This document shows, in pieces, positions 18,490 through 31,200 of a stretch of DNA of 64,000 nucleotides. The notes beneath the pieces are model-generated. The model was not told where the DNA came from. It searched no databases and saw only the letters and a program-made list of their open reading frames with translations. The DNA lies in NCBI GenBank assembly GCA_040954595.2, contig CM082594.2, forward strand, positions 824,247-888,246. Reading direction: 5' to 3'. Origin of the DNA: Balanoglossus misakiensis (taxonomy: Eukaryota > Animalia > Hemichordata). Position numbers and translations under genes: made by a program. Position 1 is the first letter of the stretch. Every line of letters begins with the position of its first letter.

Positions 18490-21252
18490 AAAAGGCTGAT
18501 CCATTCTGAATGACTTAATTCATAAGGCATTATCAGAATCCGAAGCCAACAATGTTCCAGAATGTTATTACATGAAGTCAGGAATTTTAATGAGAAAGTG
18601 GAGACCACCGTCTGTTCCTGCTGATCAGGATTGGTTGGTGAAAAATCAAATAGTGGTACCTGCATGTTATCGTCCTGAAATTCTGCGTTTGGCCCACGAA
18701 ATTCCTATGGCTGGGCATTTGGGCATTCGAAAAACACAGTGCAGGGTTATGGCTCATTTTTATTGGCCAAAATTGCATCAGGATGTTGTTGAATTTTGCA
18801 AAACCTGTCATACGTGTCAGCTGTTAGGCAAACCCCAGCCGGCGATCAAACCCGCTCCATTAATTCCAATTCCTGCGTTCGGCGAACCCTTCAGTAAGGT
18901 TCTAATTGATTGTGTGGGCCCTTTGCCGAGAACCAAATCTGGTAATAAATATCTTTTGACAATTTTAGACACCTCGACCAGATTTCCTGAGGCTATTCCT
19001 TTGAAAAACATCTCTACCAAAGTAGTAGTTGACGCGCTAATGCATTTCTTCACACGATATGGTTTGCCCAAGGAGGTCCAAACAGATCAAGGGTCCAACT
19101 TTATGTCTGGTTTATTTCAGGAAGTGTTGTGTCAATTCGGGGTTACACAGTTGCATTCGTCGGCCTACCATCCTCAATCTCAAGGTGCGTTGGAAAGGTA
19201 TCACCAAACGCTAAAGAATATGTTGAAGGCATACTGCTTGGAATACCCTGGGGATTGGGATAAGGGCGTTGCATTTGTATTATTTGCCACAAGGGATGCC
19301 CCTAACGAATCAACTGGTTTTACTCCCTTTGAACTCGTATATGGTCATGAAGTCAGGGGCCCTCTTAAATTCATCAAAGAGAGATTGCTTAATGAACAGG
19401 ATGATGTCAACCTCCTGGATTACGTTTCCAAATTTCGAGAACGTTTGACTAAGGCCTGTGATTTGGCTAGACACCATCTGAAACTGTCTCAGCAAACCAT
19501 GAAGAGGTATTATGATAGGGATAGTCAATTTCGCAAATTTAAAGTTGGTGACAAAGTTCTAGTTTTGTTACCTATACCAGGTGAACCATTATCCGCTAAA
19601 TTCAGGGGGCCCTATGAAGTAGAAAAGAAATTGAATAGTGTGAATTATGTTATCCGAACCCCTGACAGACGCAAGACACGCAGGGTTTGTCATATTAATA
19701 TGTTGAAGCTGTATTTTGTTCGTGAAGGTGACCATAAGCATTCCGTTGGTTTGGCTGCTGCTGTCAACAATATGGATGTTCACAATGTCGATTGCAATGA
19801 TACAGAATGTGTTGAGTTTGAGGTGACTGAAGTTGATTCTTTGACGGGAAAATTGTCTAATTCGGAAGCACTTGCTAATTTACAGTCTACTTTGTGTCAC
19901 TTGCCTGAGAATGAAAGGGCTGGCATTGTCAAACTTATAAATGAATATAAACCTCTGTTTTCCGATGAACCGGGTTGCACGTCCATAGCTGAACATGACG
20001 TAGACGTCGGCAATGAACCACCTATCAAACAACACCCCTATAGGTTAAATCCTTATAAAGCAGCCAAAGTTGAGGAGGAATTGCAGTATATGTTGGACCA
20101 CGACCTAATTGAACCAAGTGAGAGTAGTTGGAGCTCTCCAGTAGTGTTAGTACCAAAGCCAGACAAGTCTTTGAGATTTTGCATAGATTATCGCAAGGTA
20201 AATGCTGTTACGCGTACTGATTCCTATCCACTTCCTCGAATTGAGGATTGCATTGACAAAATTGGTACAGCCAAGTATGTAACCAAAATTGATTTGTTGA
20301 AAGGTTATTGGCAAGTACCTTTGTCTAACAGAGCCAGGAAAATTTCTGCTTTCATTACTCCAAACGGATTGTACCAGTTTAAAGTAATGCCCTTTGGCAT
20401 GAAAAATGCCCCGGCTACATTTCAAAGGTTGATGAACAAGGTCACAGCCGGTTTAGCATATTGTGTTGTGTATATTGATGATATTCTGGTTTTCAGTGAC
20501 ACATGGGAAGATCATGTAACCCATTTAAGGAATCTGTTTCAGCGGCTTCACGAGGCTAATCTGGTGGTTAATCTGTCAAAGAGTGGTTTTGCCAAAGCCA
20601 AAGTGGTTTATCTTGGGCATGTCATAGGTGAAGGCAGAGTGTCTCCAAGACAAGCGAAAATTCAAGACATCATAGAGTTTCCAGTGCCTACAAATAAGCG
20701 AGAATTACGTCGTTTTCTAGGCGTGTCGGGGTTTTATCGGAAATTTTGTGCAAATTATAGCACCATTGTTGCTCCTCTCACTAATTCGATTCGACCGATT
20801 CGTGTCAAAATGCATTCGATGTAATAAAAGCAGTTCTAGCAAGTGAGCCAGTGCTTACGGCTCCAGATTTCTACAAGCCGTTTAAATTGGCTATTGATGC
20901 CAGTGATGTTGGTATCGGTGCCGTCTTATTGCAGGATGATGAATCAGGTATCGAGAAACCTGTCAGTTATTTTTCGAGAAAACTAAACCGTCACCAAAGA
21001 GTGTATTCTACCATTGAGAAAGAGGCTTTAAGCCTAGTGTCTGCTCTTCAGCATTTTGAAATTTATGTGACTAATGGGGTAGGTGATGTTACTGTTTACA
21101 CAGATCACAACCCACTTGTATTTCTTGACAAGTTCAAAACAAAGAGTAACAGGTTGTTTCGCTGGAGTTTGTTGCTTCAGCCTTATTCAATTAAAGTCGT
21201 ACATATTTCTGGAAAAGAAAATGTCATTGCAGATGCACTATCCAGAGTTTAG
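18490..21252 (+). pseudogene. pol: pol: integrase (HHCC, DDE, GPY), reverse transcriptase, RNase H; frameshifts at ~18503 and ~20785
   Basis: AHEIPMAGHLG..CKTCHTC; IDCVGP, TDQGSNF, ALERYH; FRGPY; RFCIDYRKVN, MPFGMKNAPATF, YIDD; IDASD, EKEAL, TDHNPL, ADALSR. Longest open stretch is 18572-20824. Confidence 0.96.
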
Positions 21253-21375
21253 AATGTATAACAGGATAGCTTTTTGAAATGATTCTTGAATGATTCTTGA
21301 AATGATGTTTTTGAAATAATTAACATATGTGATTACCCCTTGAAAAACGTCACCATGGTAACGTTTTTCTTTTCT

Positions 21376-21386
21376 GAGGGGGGAGG
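21376..21386 (+). promoter_or_regulatory. Polypurine tract of element 2
   Basis: GAGGGGGGAGG immediately before the 3' LTR. Confidence 0.9.
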
Positions 21387-22240
21387 TGTTACGTAGGTTC
21401 AGTCTGCTATTGTTTTGTGACCAGGTGTGTTTTTCGTGTGCGTTTCGTTTGCTTTCTTTATTTGAATATTTAAGTAACCAAGTGTGAGGAATTAATTTTT
21501 GGCTAGTATAAAAGCCCGCTCGTTGCCACGTTGTGCGAGTGGATGTTAATTTGACCTGGAGGACGTGCTGCTCGTTTGAACCGTCTTGGAAGCTGTGGCT
21601 GCTCTTCTGAACAAGTTGTAAGTCGTGCTGTTTCGTGTGGAGCGGACTTTTGAAGCGGACTTTTGTGGAGCAGACTTTTGCGGACTTTTGTGGAGCAGAC
21701 TTTTGCGGACTTTTGTGGAACCAGTTGGAGCTGGACTTTTGCCTGGACCGCCGTGTCGCTGTGTCTACGCTGAACTGCCGCCGAGTTGGAGCTGTCGTTG
21801 TGTCTACGCTGAACTGCCACCGAGTTGGAGCTGTCGTTGTGTCTACGCTGAACTGCCGCCGAGTTGGAGCTGTCGCCGTGTCGCTGTGTCTACACTGAAT
21901 TATCGCTGAGTTGCTGTGTCTACGTGTCCTCCGTCAAGTCAGCGGAACGTTCTAGCGGACATTGGACTTGTTCTGTTTCAGTTTATGCACACCTGGTCAC
22001 GTTTAAAAAGGTAGTTCACTTGTTTCTTGTGTGTTTCTTTAGTTTATAATATTTAATGTTCACGATTACATTAGTTATTATTAAATTCGTTATAAATAAG
22101 GTGATTTGCTGGTTTATGTGACTTTTGTTGACCAACTTTGTTGCGTGCGGCGCTGGTTTGGTTCCTTACAAAGTACGCCATCAGGCTAGTGTGTTTATTG
22201 CTCGCCCTGTTTCGGCTGGAACGGCCAGCGTGTCGTAACA
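21387..22240 (+). repeat. 3' LTR of element 2
   Basis: 854-bp direct repeat of 11081-11934; TATAAAA at 21507-21513. Confidence 0.97.
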
Positions 22241-25200
22241 GCGGTCTTACCCGTCATTGGCACAAACAGTCTCAGGAAGTTAGCTTTCAGCCTACCAATG
22301 TAGCTATTATATTTTACACTTTTTGTAAGTGAAGCCTGACTGTCGCCTGTCTTAGGTCACCACTTCATAAGAGGTCTTACCCGTCATTGGCACAAACAGT
22401 CTCAGGAAGTAAGCTTTCAGCCTACCAATGTAGCTATTGTATTTTCAACTTTTTGTAAGTGAAGCCTGACTGTCGCCTGTCTTAGGTAACAACTTCATAA
22501 GAGGTCTTACCCGTCATTGGCACAAACAGACTCAGGAAGTAAGCTTTCAGCCTACCAATGTAGCTATTGTATTTTCCACTTTTCGTAAGTGAAGCCTGAC
22601 TGTCGCCTGTCTTAGGTCACCACTTCATAAGAGGTCTTACCCGTCATTGGCACAAACAGTCTCAGGAAGTAAGCTTTCAGCCTACCAATGTAGCTATTGT
22701 ATTTTCCACTTTTTGTAAGTGAAGCCTGACTGTCGCCTGTCTTAGGTCACCACTTCATAAGAGGTCTTACCCGTCATTGGTACAAACAGTCTCAGGAAGT
22801 AAGCTTTCAGCCTACCAATGTAGCTATTATATTTTCCACTTTTTGTAAGTGAAGCCTGACTGTCGCCTGTCTTAGGTCACCACTTCATAAGAGGTCTTAC
22901 CCGTCATTGGCACATACAGTCTCAGGAAGTTAGCTTTCAATCTACCAATGTAGCTATTATATTTTCCACTTTTTGTAAGTGAAGCCTGACTGTCGCCTGT
23001 CTTAGGTCACCACTTCATAAGAGGTCTTACCCGTCATTGGCACAAACAGTCTCAGGAAGTAAGCTTTCGGCCTACCAATGTAGCTATTGTATTTTCAACT
23101 TTTTGTAAGTGAAGCCTGACTGTCGCCTGTCTTAGGTCACCACTTCATAAGAGGTCTTACCCGTCATTGGCACAAACAGACAGGAAGTAAGCTTTCAGCC
23201 TACCAATGTAGCTTTTGTATTTTCAACTGTTTGTAAGTGAAGCCTGACTGTCGCCTGTCTTAGGTCACCACTTCATAAGAGGTCTTACCCGTCATTGGCA
23301 CAAACAGTCTCAGGAAGTAAGCTTTCAGCCTACCAATGTAGCTATTATATTTTCCACTTTTTGTAAGTGAAGCCTGAGTGTCGCCTGTCTTAGGTCACCA
23401 CTTCATAAGAGGTCTTACCCGTCATTGGCACAAACAGTCTCAGGAAGTAAGCTTTCAGCCTACCAATGTAGCTATTATATTTTCCACTTTTTGTAAGTGA
23501 AGCCTGACTGTCGCCTGTCTTAGGTCATCACTTCATAAGAGGTCTTACCCGTCATTGGCACAAACAGTCTCAGGAAGTAAGCTTTCAGCCTACCAATGTA
23601 GCTATTGTATTTTCAACTTTTTGTAAGTGAAGCCTGACTGTCGCCTGTCTTAGGTCACCACTTCATAAGAGGTCTTACCCGTCATTGGCACAAACAGTCT
23701 CAGGAAGTAAGCTTTCAGCCTACTAATGTAGCTATTATATTTTCCACTTTTTGTAAGTGAAGCCTGACTGTCGCCTGTCTTAGGTCACCACTTCATAAGC
23801 GGTCTTACCCGTCATTGGCACAAACAGTCTCAGGAAGTAAGCTTTCAGCCTACCAATATAGCTATTGTATTTTCCACTTTTTGTAAGTGAAGCCTGACTG
23901 TTGCCTGTCTTAGGTCACCCCTTCATAAGTGTTCTTACCCGTCATTGGCACAAACAGTCTCAGGAAGTAAGCTTTCAGCCTACCAATATAGCTATTATAT
24001 TTTCCACTTTTTGTAAGTGAAGCCTGACTGTCGCCTGTCTTAGGTCACCACTTCATACGCGGTCTTACCCGTCATTGGCACAAACAGTCTCAGGAAGTTA
24101 GCTTTCAGCCTACCAATGTAGCTATTATATTTTACACTTTTTGTAAGTGAAGCCTGACTGTCGCCTGTCTTAGGTCACCACTTCATAAGAGGTCTTACCC
24201 GTCATTGGCACAAACAGTCTCAGGAAGTAAGCTTTCAGCCTACCAATGTAGCTATTGTATTTTCAACTTTTTGTAAGTGAAGCCTGACTGTCGCCTGTCT
24301 TAGGTAACAACTTCATAAGAGGTCTTACCCGTCATTGGCACAAACAGACTCAGGAAGTAAGCTTTCAGCCTACCAATGTAGCTATTGTATTTTCCACTTT
24401 TCGTAAGTGAAGCCTGACTGTCGCCTGTCTTAGGTCACCACTTCATAAGAGGTCTTACCCGTCATTGGCACAAACAGTCTCAGGAAGTAAGCTTTCAGCC
24501 TACCAATGTAGCTATTGTATTTTCCACTTTTTGTAAGTGAAGCCTGACTGTCGCCTGTCTTAGGTCACCACTTCATAAGAGGTCTTACCCGTCATTGGTA
24601 CAAACAGTCTCAGGAAGTAAGCTTTCAGCCTACCAATGTAGCTATTATATTTTCCACTTTTTGTAAGTGAAGCCTGACTGTCGCCTGTCTTAGGTCACCA
24701 CTTCATAAGAGGTCTTACCCGTCATTGGCACATACAGTCTCAGGAAGTTAGCTTTCAATCTACCAATGTAGCTATTATATTTTCCACTTTTTGTAAGTGA
24801 AGCCTGACTGTCGCCTGTCTTAGGTCACCACTTCATAAGAGGTCTTACCCGTCATTGGCACAAACAGTCTCAGGAAGTAAGCTTTCGGCCTACCAATGTA
24901 GCTATTGTATTTTCAACTTTTTGTAAGTGAAGCCTGACTGTCGCCTGTCTTAGGTCACCACTTCATAAGAGGTCTTACCCGTCATTGGCACAAACAGACA
25001 GGAAGTAAGCTTTCAGCCTACCAATGTAGCTTTTGTATTTTCAACTGTTTGTAAGTGAAGCCTGACTGTCGCCTGTCTTAGGTCACCACTTCATAAGAGG
25101 TCTTACCCGTCATTGGCACAAACAGTCTCAGGAAGTAAGCTTTCAGCCTACCAATGTAGCTATTATATTTTCCACTTTTTGTAAGTGAAGCCTGAGTGTC

Positions 25201-28200
25201 GCCTGTCTTAGGTCACCACTTCATAAGAGGTCTTATCCGTCATTGGCACAAACAGTCTCAGGAAGTAAGCTTTCAGCCTACCAATGTAGCTATTATATTT
25301 TCCAATTTTTGTAAGTGAAGCCTGACTGTCGCCTGTCTTAGGTCATCACTTCATAAGAGGTCTTACCCGTCATTGGCACAAACAGTCTCAGGAAGTAAGC
25401 TTTCAGCCTACCAATGTAGCTATTGTATTTTCAACTTTTTGTAAGTGAAGCCTGACTGTCGCCTGTCTTAGGTCACCACTTCATAAGAGGTCTTACCCGT
25501 CATTGGCACAAACAGTCTCAGGAAGTAAGCTTTCAGCCTACTAATGTAGCTATTATATTTTCCACTTTTTGTAAGTGAAGCCTGACTGTCGCCTGTCTTA
25601 GGTCACCACTTCATAAGCGGTCTTACCCGTCATTGGCACAAACAGTCTCAGGAAGTAAGCTTTCAGCCTACCAATATAGCTATTGTATTTTCCACTTTTT
25701 GTAAGTGAAGCCTGACTGTTGCCTGTCTTAGGTCACCCCTTCATAAGTGTTCTTACCCGTCATTGGCACAAACAGTCTCAGGAAGTAAGCTTTCAGCCTA
25801 CCAATATAGCTATTATATTTTCCACTTTTTGTAAGTGAAGCCTGACTGTCGCCTGTCTTAGGTCACCACTTCATACGCGGTCTTACCCGTCATTGGCACA
25901 AACAGTCTCAGGAAGTTAGCTTTCAGCCTACCAATGTAGCTATTATATTTTCCACTTTTTGTAAGTGAAGCCTGACTGTCGCCTGTCTTAGGTCACCACT
26001 TCATAAGAGGTCTTACCCGTCATTGGCACAAACAGTCTCAGGAAGTAAGCTTTCAGCCTACCAATGTAGCTATTGTATTTTCAACTTTTTGTAAGTGAAG
26101 CCTGACTGTCGCCTGTCTTAGGTAACAACTTCATAAGAGGTCTTACCCGTCATTGGCACAAACAGTCTCAGGAAGTAAGCTTTCAGCCTACCAATATAGC
26201 TATTATATTTTCCACTCTTTGTAAGTGAAGCCTGACTGTCGCCTGTCTTAGGTCACCACATCATACGCGGTCTTACCCGTCATTGGCACAAACAGTCTCA
26301 GGAAGTTAGCCCTTCAGCCTACCAATGTAGCTATTATATTTTCCACTTTTTGTAAGTGAAGCCTGACTGTCGCCTGTCTTAGGTCACCACTTCATAAGAG
26401 GTCTTACCCGTCATTGGCACAAACAGTCTCAGGAAGTAAGCTTTCAGCCTACCAATGTAGCTATTGTATTTTCAACTTTTTGTAAGTGAAGCCTGACTGT
26501 CGCCTGTCTTAGGTAACAACTTCATAAGAGGTCTTACCCGTCATTGGCACAAACAGACTCAGGAAGTAAGCTTTCAGCCTACCAATGTAGCTATTGTATT
26601 TTCAACTTTTTGTAAGTGAAGCCTGACTGTCGCCTGTCTTAGGTCACCACTTCATAAGAGGTATTACCCGTCATTGGCACAAACAGTCTCAGGAAGAAAG
26701 CTTTCAGCCTACAAATGTAGTTATTGTATTTTCAACTTTTTGTAAGTAAAGCCTGACTGTCGCCTGTCTTAGGTCACCACTTCATAACAGGTCTTACCCG
26801 TCATTGGCACAAACAGTCTCAGGAAGTAAGCTTTCAGCCTACCAATGTAGCTATTATATTTTCCACTTTTTGTAAGTGAAGCCTGACTGTCGCCTGTCTT
26901 AGGTAACAACTTCATAAGAGGTCTTACCCGTCATTGGCACAAACAGACTCAGGAAGTAAGCTTTCAGCCTACCAATGTAGCTATTGTATTTTCCACTTTT
27001 TGTAAGTGAAGCCTGACTGTCGCCTGTCTTAGGTCACCACTTCATAAGAGGTCTTACCCGTCATTGGCACAAACAGTCTCAGGAAGTAAGCTTTCAGCCT
27101 ACCAATGTAGTTATTGTATTTTCAACTTTTTGTAAGTAAAGCCTGACTGTCGCCTGTCTTAGGTCACCACTTCATAAGAGGTCTTACCCGTCATTGGCAC
27201 AAACAGTCTCAGGAAGTAAGCTTTCAGCCTACCAATGTAGCTATTATATTTTCCACTTTTTGTAAGTGAAGCCTGACTGTCGCCTGTCTTAGGTCACCAC
27301 TTCATAAGCGGTCTTACCCGTCATTGGCACAAACAGTCTCAGGAAGTAAGCTTTCAGCCTACCAATGTAGCTATTGTATTTTCCACTTTTTGTAAGTGAA
27401 GCCTGACTGTTGCCTGTCTTAGGTCACCACTCCATAAGTGTTCTAACCCGTCATTGGCACAAACAGTCTCAGGAAGTAAGCTTTCAGCCTACCAATGTAG
27501 CTATTATATTTTCCACTTTTTGTAAGTGAAGCCTGACTGTCGCCTGTCTTAGGTCACCACTTCATAAGAGGTCTTACCCGTCATTGGCACAAACAGTCTC
27601 AGGAAGTAAGCTTTCAGCCTACCAATGTAGCTATTATATTTTCCACTTTTTGTAAGTGAAGCCTGACTGTCGCCTGTCTTAGGTCACCACTTCATAAGCG
27701 GTCTTACCCGTCATTGGCACAAACAGTCTCAGGAAGTAAGCTTTCAGCCTACCAATGTAGCTATTGTATTTTCCACTTTTTGTAAGTGAAGCCTGACTGT
27801 CGCCTGTCTTAGGTCACCACTTCATAAGCGGTCTTACCCGTCATTGGCACAAACAGTCTCAGGAAGTAAGCTTTCAGCCTACCAATGTAGCTATTGTATT
27901 TTCCACTTTTTGTAAGTGAAGCCTGACTGTCGCCTGTCTTAGGTCACCACTTCATAAGTGTTCTTACCCGTCATTGGCACAAACAGTCTCAGGAAGTAAG
28001 CTTTCAGCCTACCAATGTAGCTATTATATTTTCCACTTTTTGTAAGTGAAGCATGACTGTCGCCTGTCTTAGGTCACCACTTCATAAGCGGTCTTACCCG
28101 TCATTGGCACATACAGTCTCAGGAAGTTAGCTTTCAGCCTACCAATGTAGCTATTATATTTTCCACTTTTTGTAAGTGAAGCCTTACTGTCGCCTGTCTT

Positions 28201-31200
28201 AGGTCACCACTTCATAAGAGGTCTTACCCGTCATTGGCACAAACAGTCTCAGGAAGTAAGCTTTCAGCCTACCAATGTAGTTATTGTATTTTCAACTTTT
28301 TGTAAGTAAAGCCTTACTGTCGCCTGTCTTAGGTCACCACTTCATAAGCGGTCTTACCCGTCATTGGCACAAACAGTCTCAGGAAGTAAGCTTTCAGCCT
28401 ACCAATGTAGTTATTATATTTTCCACTTTTTGTAAGTGAAGCCTGACTGTCGCCTGTCTTAGGTCACCACTTCATAAGCGGTCTTACGCGTCATTGGCAC
28501 AAACAGTCTCAGGAAGTAAGCTTTCAGCCTACCAATGTAGCTATTGTATTTTCCACTTTTTGTAAGTGAAGCCTGACTGTTGCCTGTCTTAGGTCACCAC
28601 TCCATAAGTGTTCTTACCCGTCATTGGCACAAACAGTCTCAGGAAGTAAGCTTTCAGCCTACCAATGTAGCTATTATATTTTCCACTTTTTGTAAGTGAA
28701 GCCTGACTGTCGCCTGTCTTAGGTCACCACTTCATAGGAGGTCTTGCCCGTCATTGGCACAAACAGTCTCAGGAAGTAAGCTTTCAGCCTACCAATGTAG
28801 CTATTGTATTTTCCACTTTTTGTAAGTGAAGCCTGACTGTCGCCTGTCTTAGGTCACCACTTCATAAGTGGTCTTACCCGTCATTGGCACAAACAGTCTC
28901 AGGAAGTAAGCTTTCAGCCTACCAATGTAGCTATTATATATTCCACTTTTTGTAAGTGAAGCCTGACTGTCGCCTGTCTTAGGTCACCACTTCATAAGCG
29001 GTCTTACCCGTCATTGGCACATACAGTCTCAGGAAGTTAGCTTTCAGCCTACCAATGTAGCTATTATATTTTCCACTTTTTGTAAGTGAAGCCTTACTGT
29101 CGCCTGTCTTAGGTCACCACTTCATAAGAGGTCTTCCCCGTCATTGGCACAAACAGTCTCAGGAAGTAAGCTTTCAGCCTACCAATGTAGCTATTGTATT
29201 TTCAACTTTTTGTAAGTGAAGCCTGACTGTCGCCTGTCTTAGGTCACCACTTCATAAGCGGTCTTACCCGTCATTGGCACAAACAGTCTCAGGAAGTAAG
29301 CTTTCAGCCTACCAATGTAGCTATTGTATTTTCCACTTTTTGTAAGTGAAGCCTGACTGTTGCCTGTCTTAGGTCACCACTTCATAAGTGTTCTTACCCG
29401 TCATTGGCACAAACAGTCTCAGGAAGTAAGCTTTCAGCCTACCAATGTAGCTATTATATTTTCCACTTTTTGTAAGTGAAGCCTGACTGTCGCCTGTCTT
29501 AGGTCACCACTTCATAAGCGGTCTTACCCGTCATTGGCACAAACAGTCTCAGGAAGTTAGCTTTCAGCCTACCAATGTAGCTATTATATTTTCCACTTTT
29601 TGTAAGTGAAGCCTTACTGTCGCCTGTCTTAGGTCACCACTTCATAAGAGGTCTTCCCCGTCATTGGCACAAACAGTCTCAGGAAGTAAGCTTTCAGCCT
29701 ACCAATGTAGCTATTGTATTTTCAACTTTTTGTAAGTGAAGCCTGACTGTCGCCTGTCTTAGGTCACCACTTCATAAGAGGTCTTACCCGTCATTGGCAC
29801 AAACAGACAGGAAGTAAGCTTTCAGCCTACCAATGTAGCTTTTGTATTTTCAACTGTTTGTAAGTGAAGCCTGACTGTCGCCTGTCTTAGGTCACCACTT
29901 CATAAGCGGTCTTACCCGTCATTGGCACAAACAGTCTCAGGAAGTAAGCTTTCAGCCTACCAATGTAGCTATTGTATTTTCCACTTTTTGTAAGTGAAGC
30001 CTGACTGTTGCCTGTCTTAGGTCACCACTTCATAAGTGTTCTTACCCGTCATTGGCACAAACAGTCTCAGGAAGTAAGCTTTCAGCCTACCAATGTAGCT
30101 ATTATATTTTCCACTTTTTGTAAGTGAAGCCTGACTGTCGCCTGTCTTAGGTCACCACTTCATAAGCGGTCTTACCCGTCATTGGCACAAACAGTCTCAG
30201 GAAGTTAGCTTTCAGCCTACCAATGTAGCTATTATATTTTCAACTTTTTGTAAGTGAAGCCTGACTGTCGCCTGTCTTAGTTCACCACTTCATAAGAGGT
30301 CTTACCCGTCATTGGCACAAACAGACAGGAAATAAGCTTTCAGCCTACCAATGTAGCTATTGTATTTTCCACTTTTTGTAAGTGAAGCCTGACTGTCGCC
30401 TGTCTTAGGTCACCACTTCATAAGAGGTCTTACCCGTCATTGGCACAAACAGTCTCAGGAAGTAAGCTTTCAGCCTACCAATGTAGCTATTATATTTTCC
30501 ACTTTTTGTAAGTGAAGCCTGACTGTCGCCTGTCTTAGGTCACCACTTCATAAGCGGTCTTACCCGTCATTGGCACAAACAGTCTCAGGAAGTAAGCTTT
30601 CAGCCTACCAATGTAGCTATTGTATTTTCCACTTTTTGTAAGTGAAGCCTGACTGTCGCCTGTCTTAGGTCACCACTTCATAAGAGGTCTTACCCGTCAT
30701 TGGCACAAACAGACAGGAAGTAAGCTTTCAGCCTACCAATGTAGCTTTTGTATTTTCAACTGTTTGTAAGTGAAGCCTGACTGTCGCCTGTCTTAGGTCA
30801 CCACTTCATAAGCGGTCTTACCCGTCATTGGCACAAACAGTCTCAGGAAGTAAGCTTTCAGCCTACCAATGTAGCTATTGTATTTTCCACTTTTTGTAAG
30901 TGAAGCCTGACTGTTGCCTGTCTTAGGTCACCACTTCATAAGTGTTCTTACCCGTCATTGGCACAAACAGTCTCAGGAAGTAAGCTTTCAGCCTACCAAT
31001 GTAGCTATTATATTTTCCACTTTTTGTAAGTGAAGCCTGACTGTCGCCTGTCTTAGGTCACCACTTCATAAGCGGTCTTACCCGTCATTGGCACAAACAG
31101 TCTCAGGAAGTTAGCTTTCAGCCTACCAATGTAGCTATTATATTTTCAACTTTTTGTAAGTGAAGCCTGACTGTCGCCTGTCTTAGTTCACCACTTCATA

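Larger units (their letters stand above)
11081..22240 (+). mobile_element. Gmr1-like Ty3/Gypsy LTR retrotransposon 2, near full-length, inactivated, inserted in the satellite
   Basis: Two 854-bp LTRs (TGTTACG...CGTAACA), 4-bp TSD GCGG (11077-11080, 22241-22244), PBS, gag, PR-IN-RT-RH and PPT. Confidence 0.97.

Noticed and set aside
18572-20824. Ty1/Copia assignment from IN-before-RT order
   Set aside because: RT, RNase H and GPY motifs are Gypsy-type, consistent with Gmr1.
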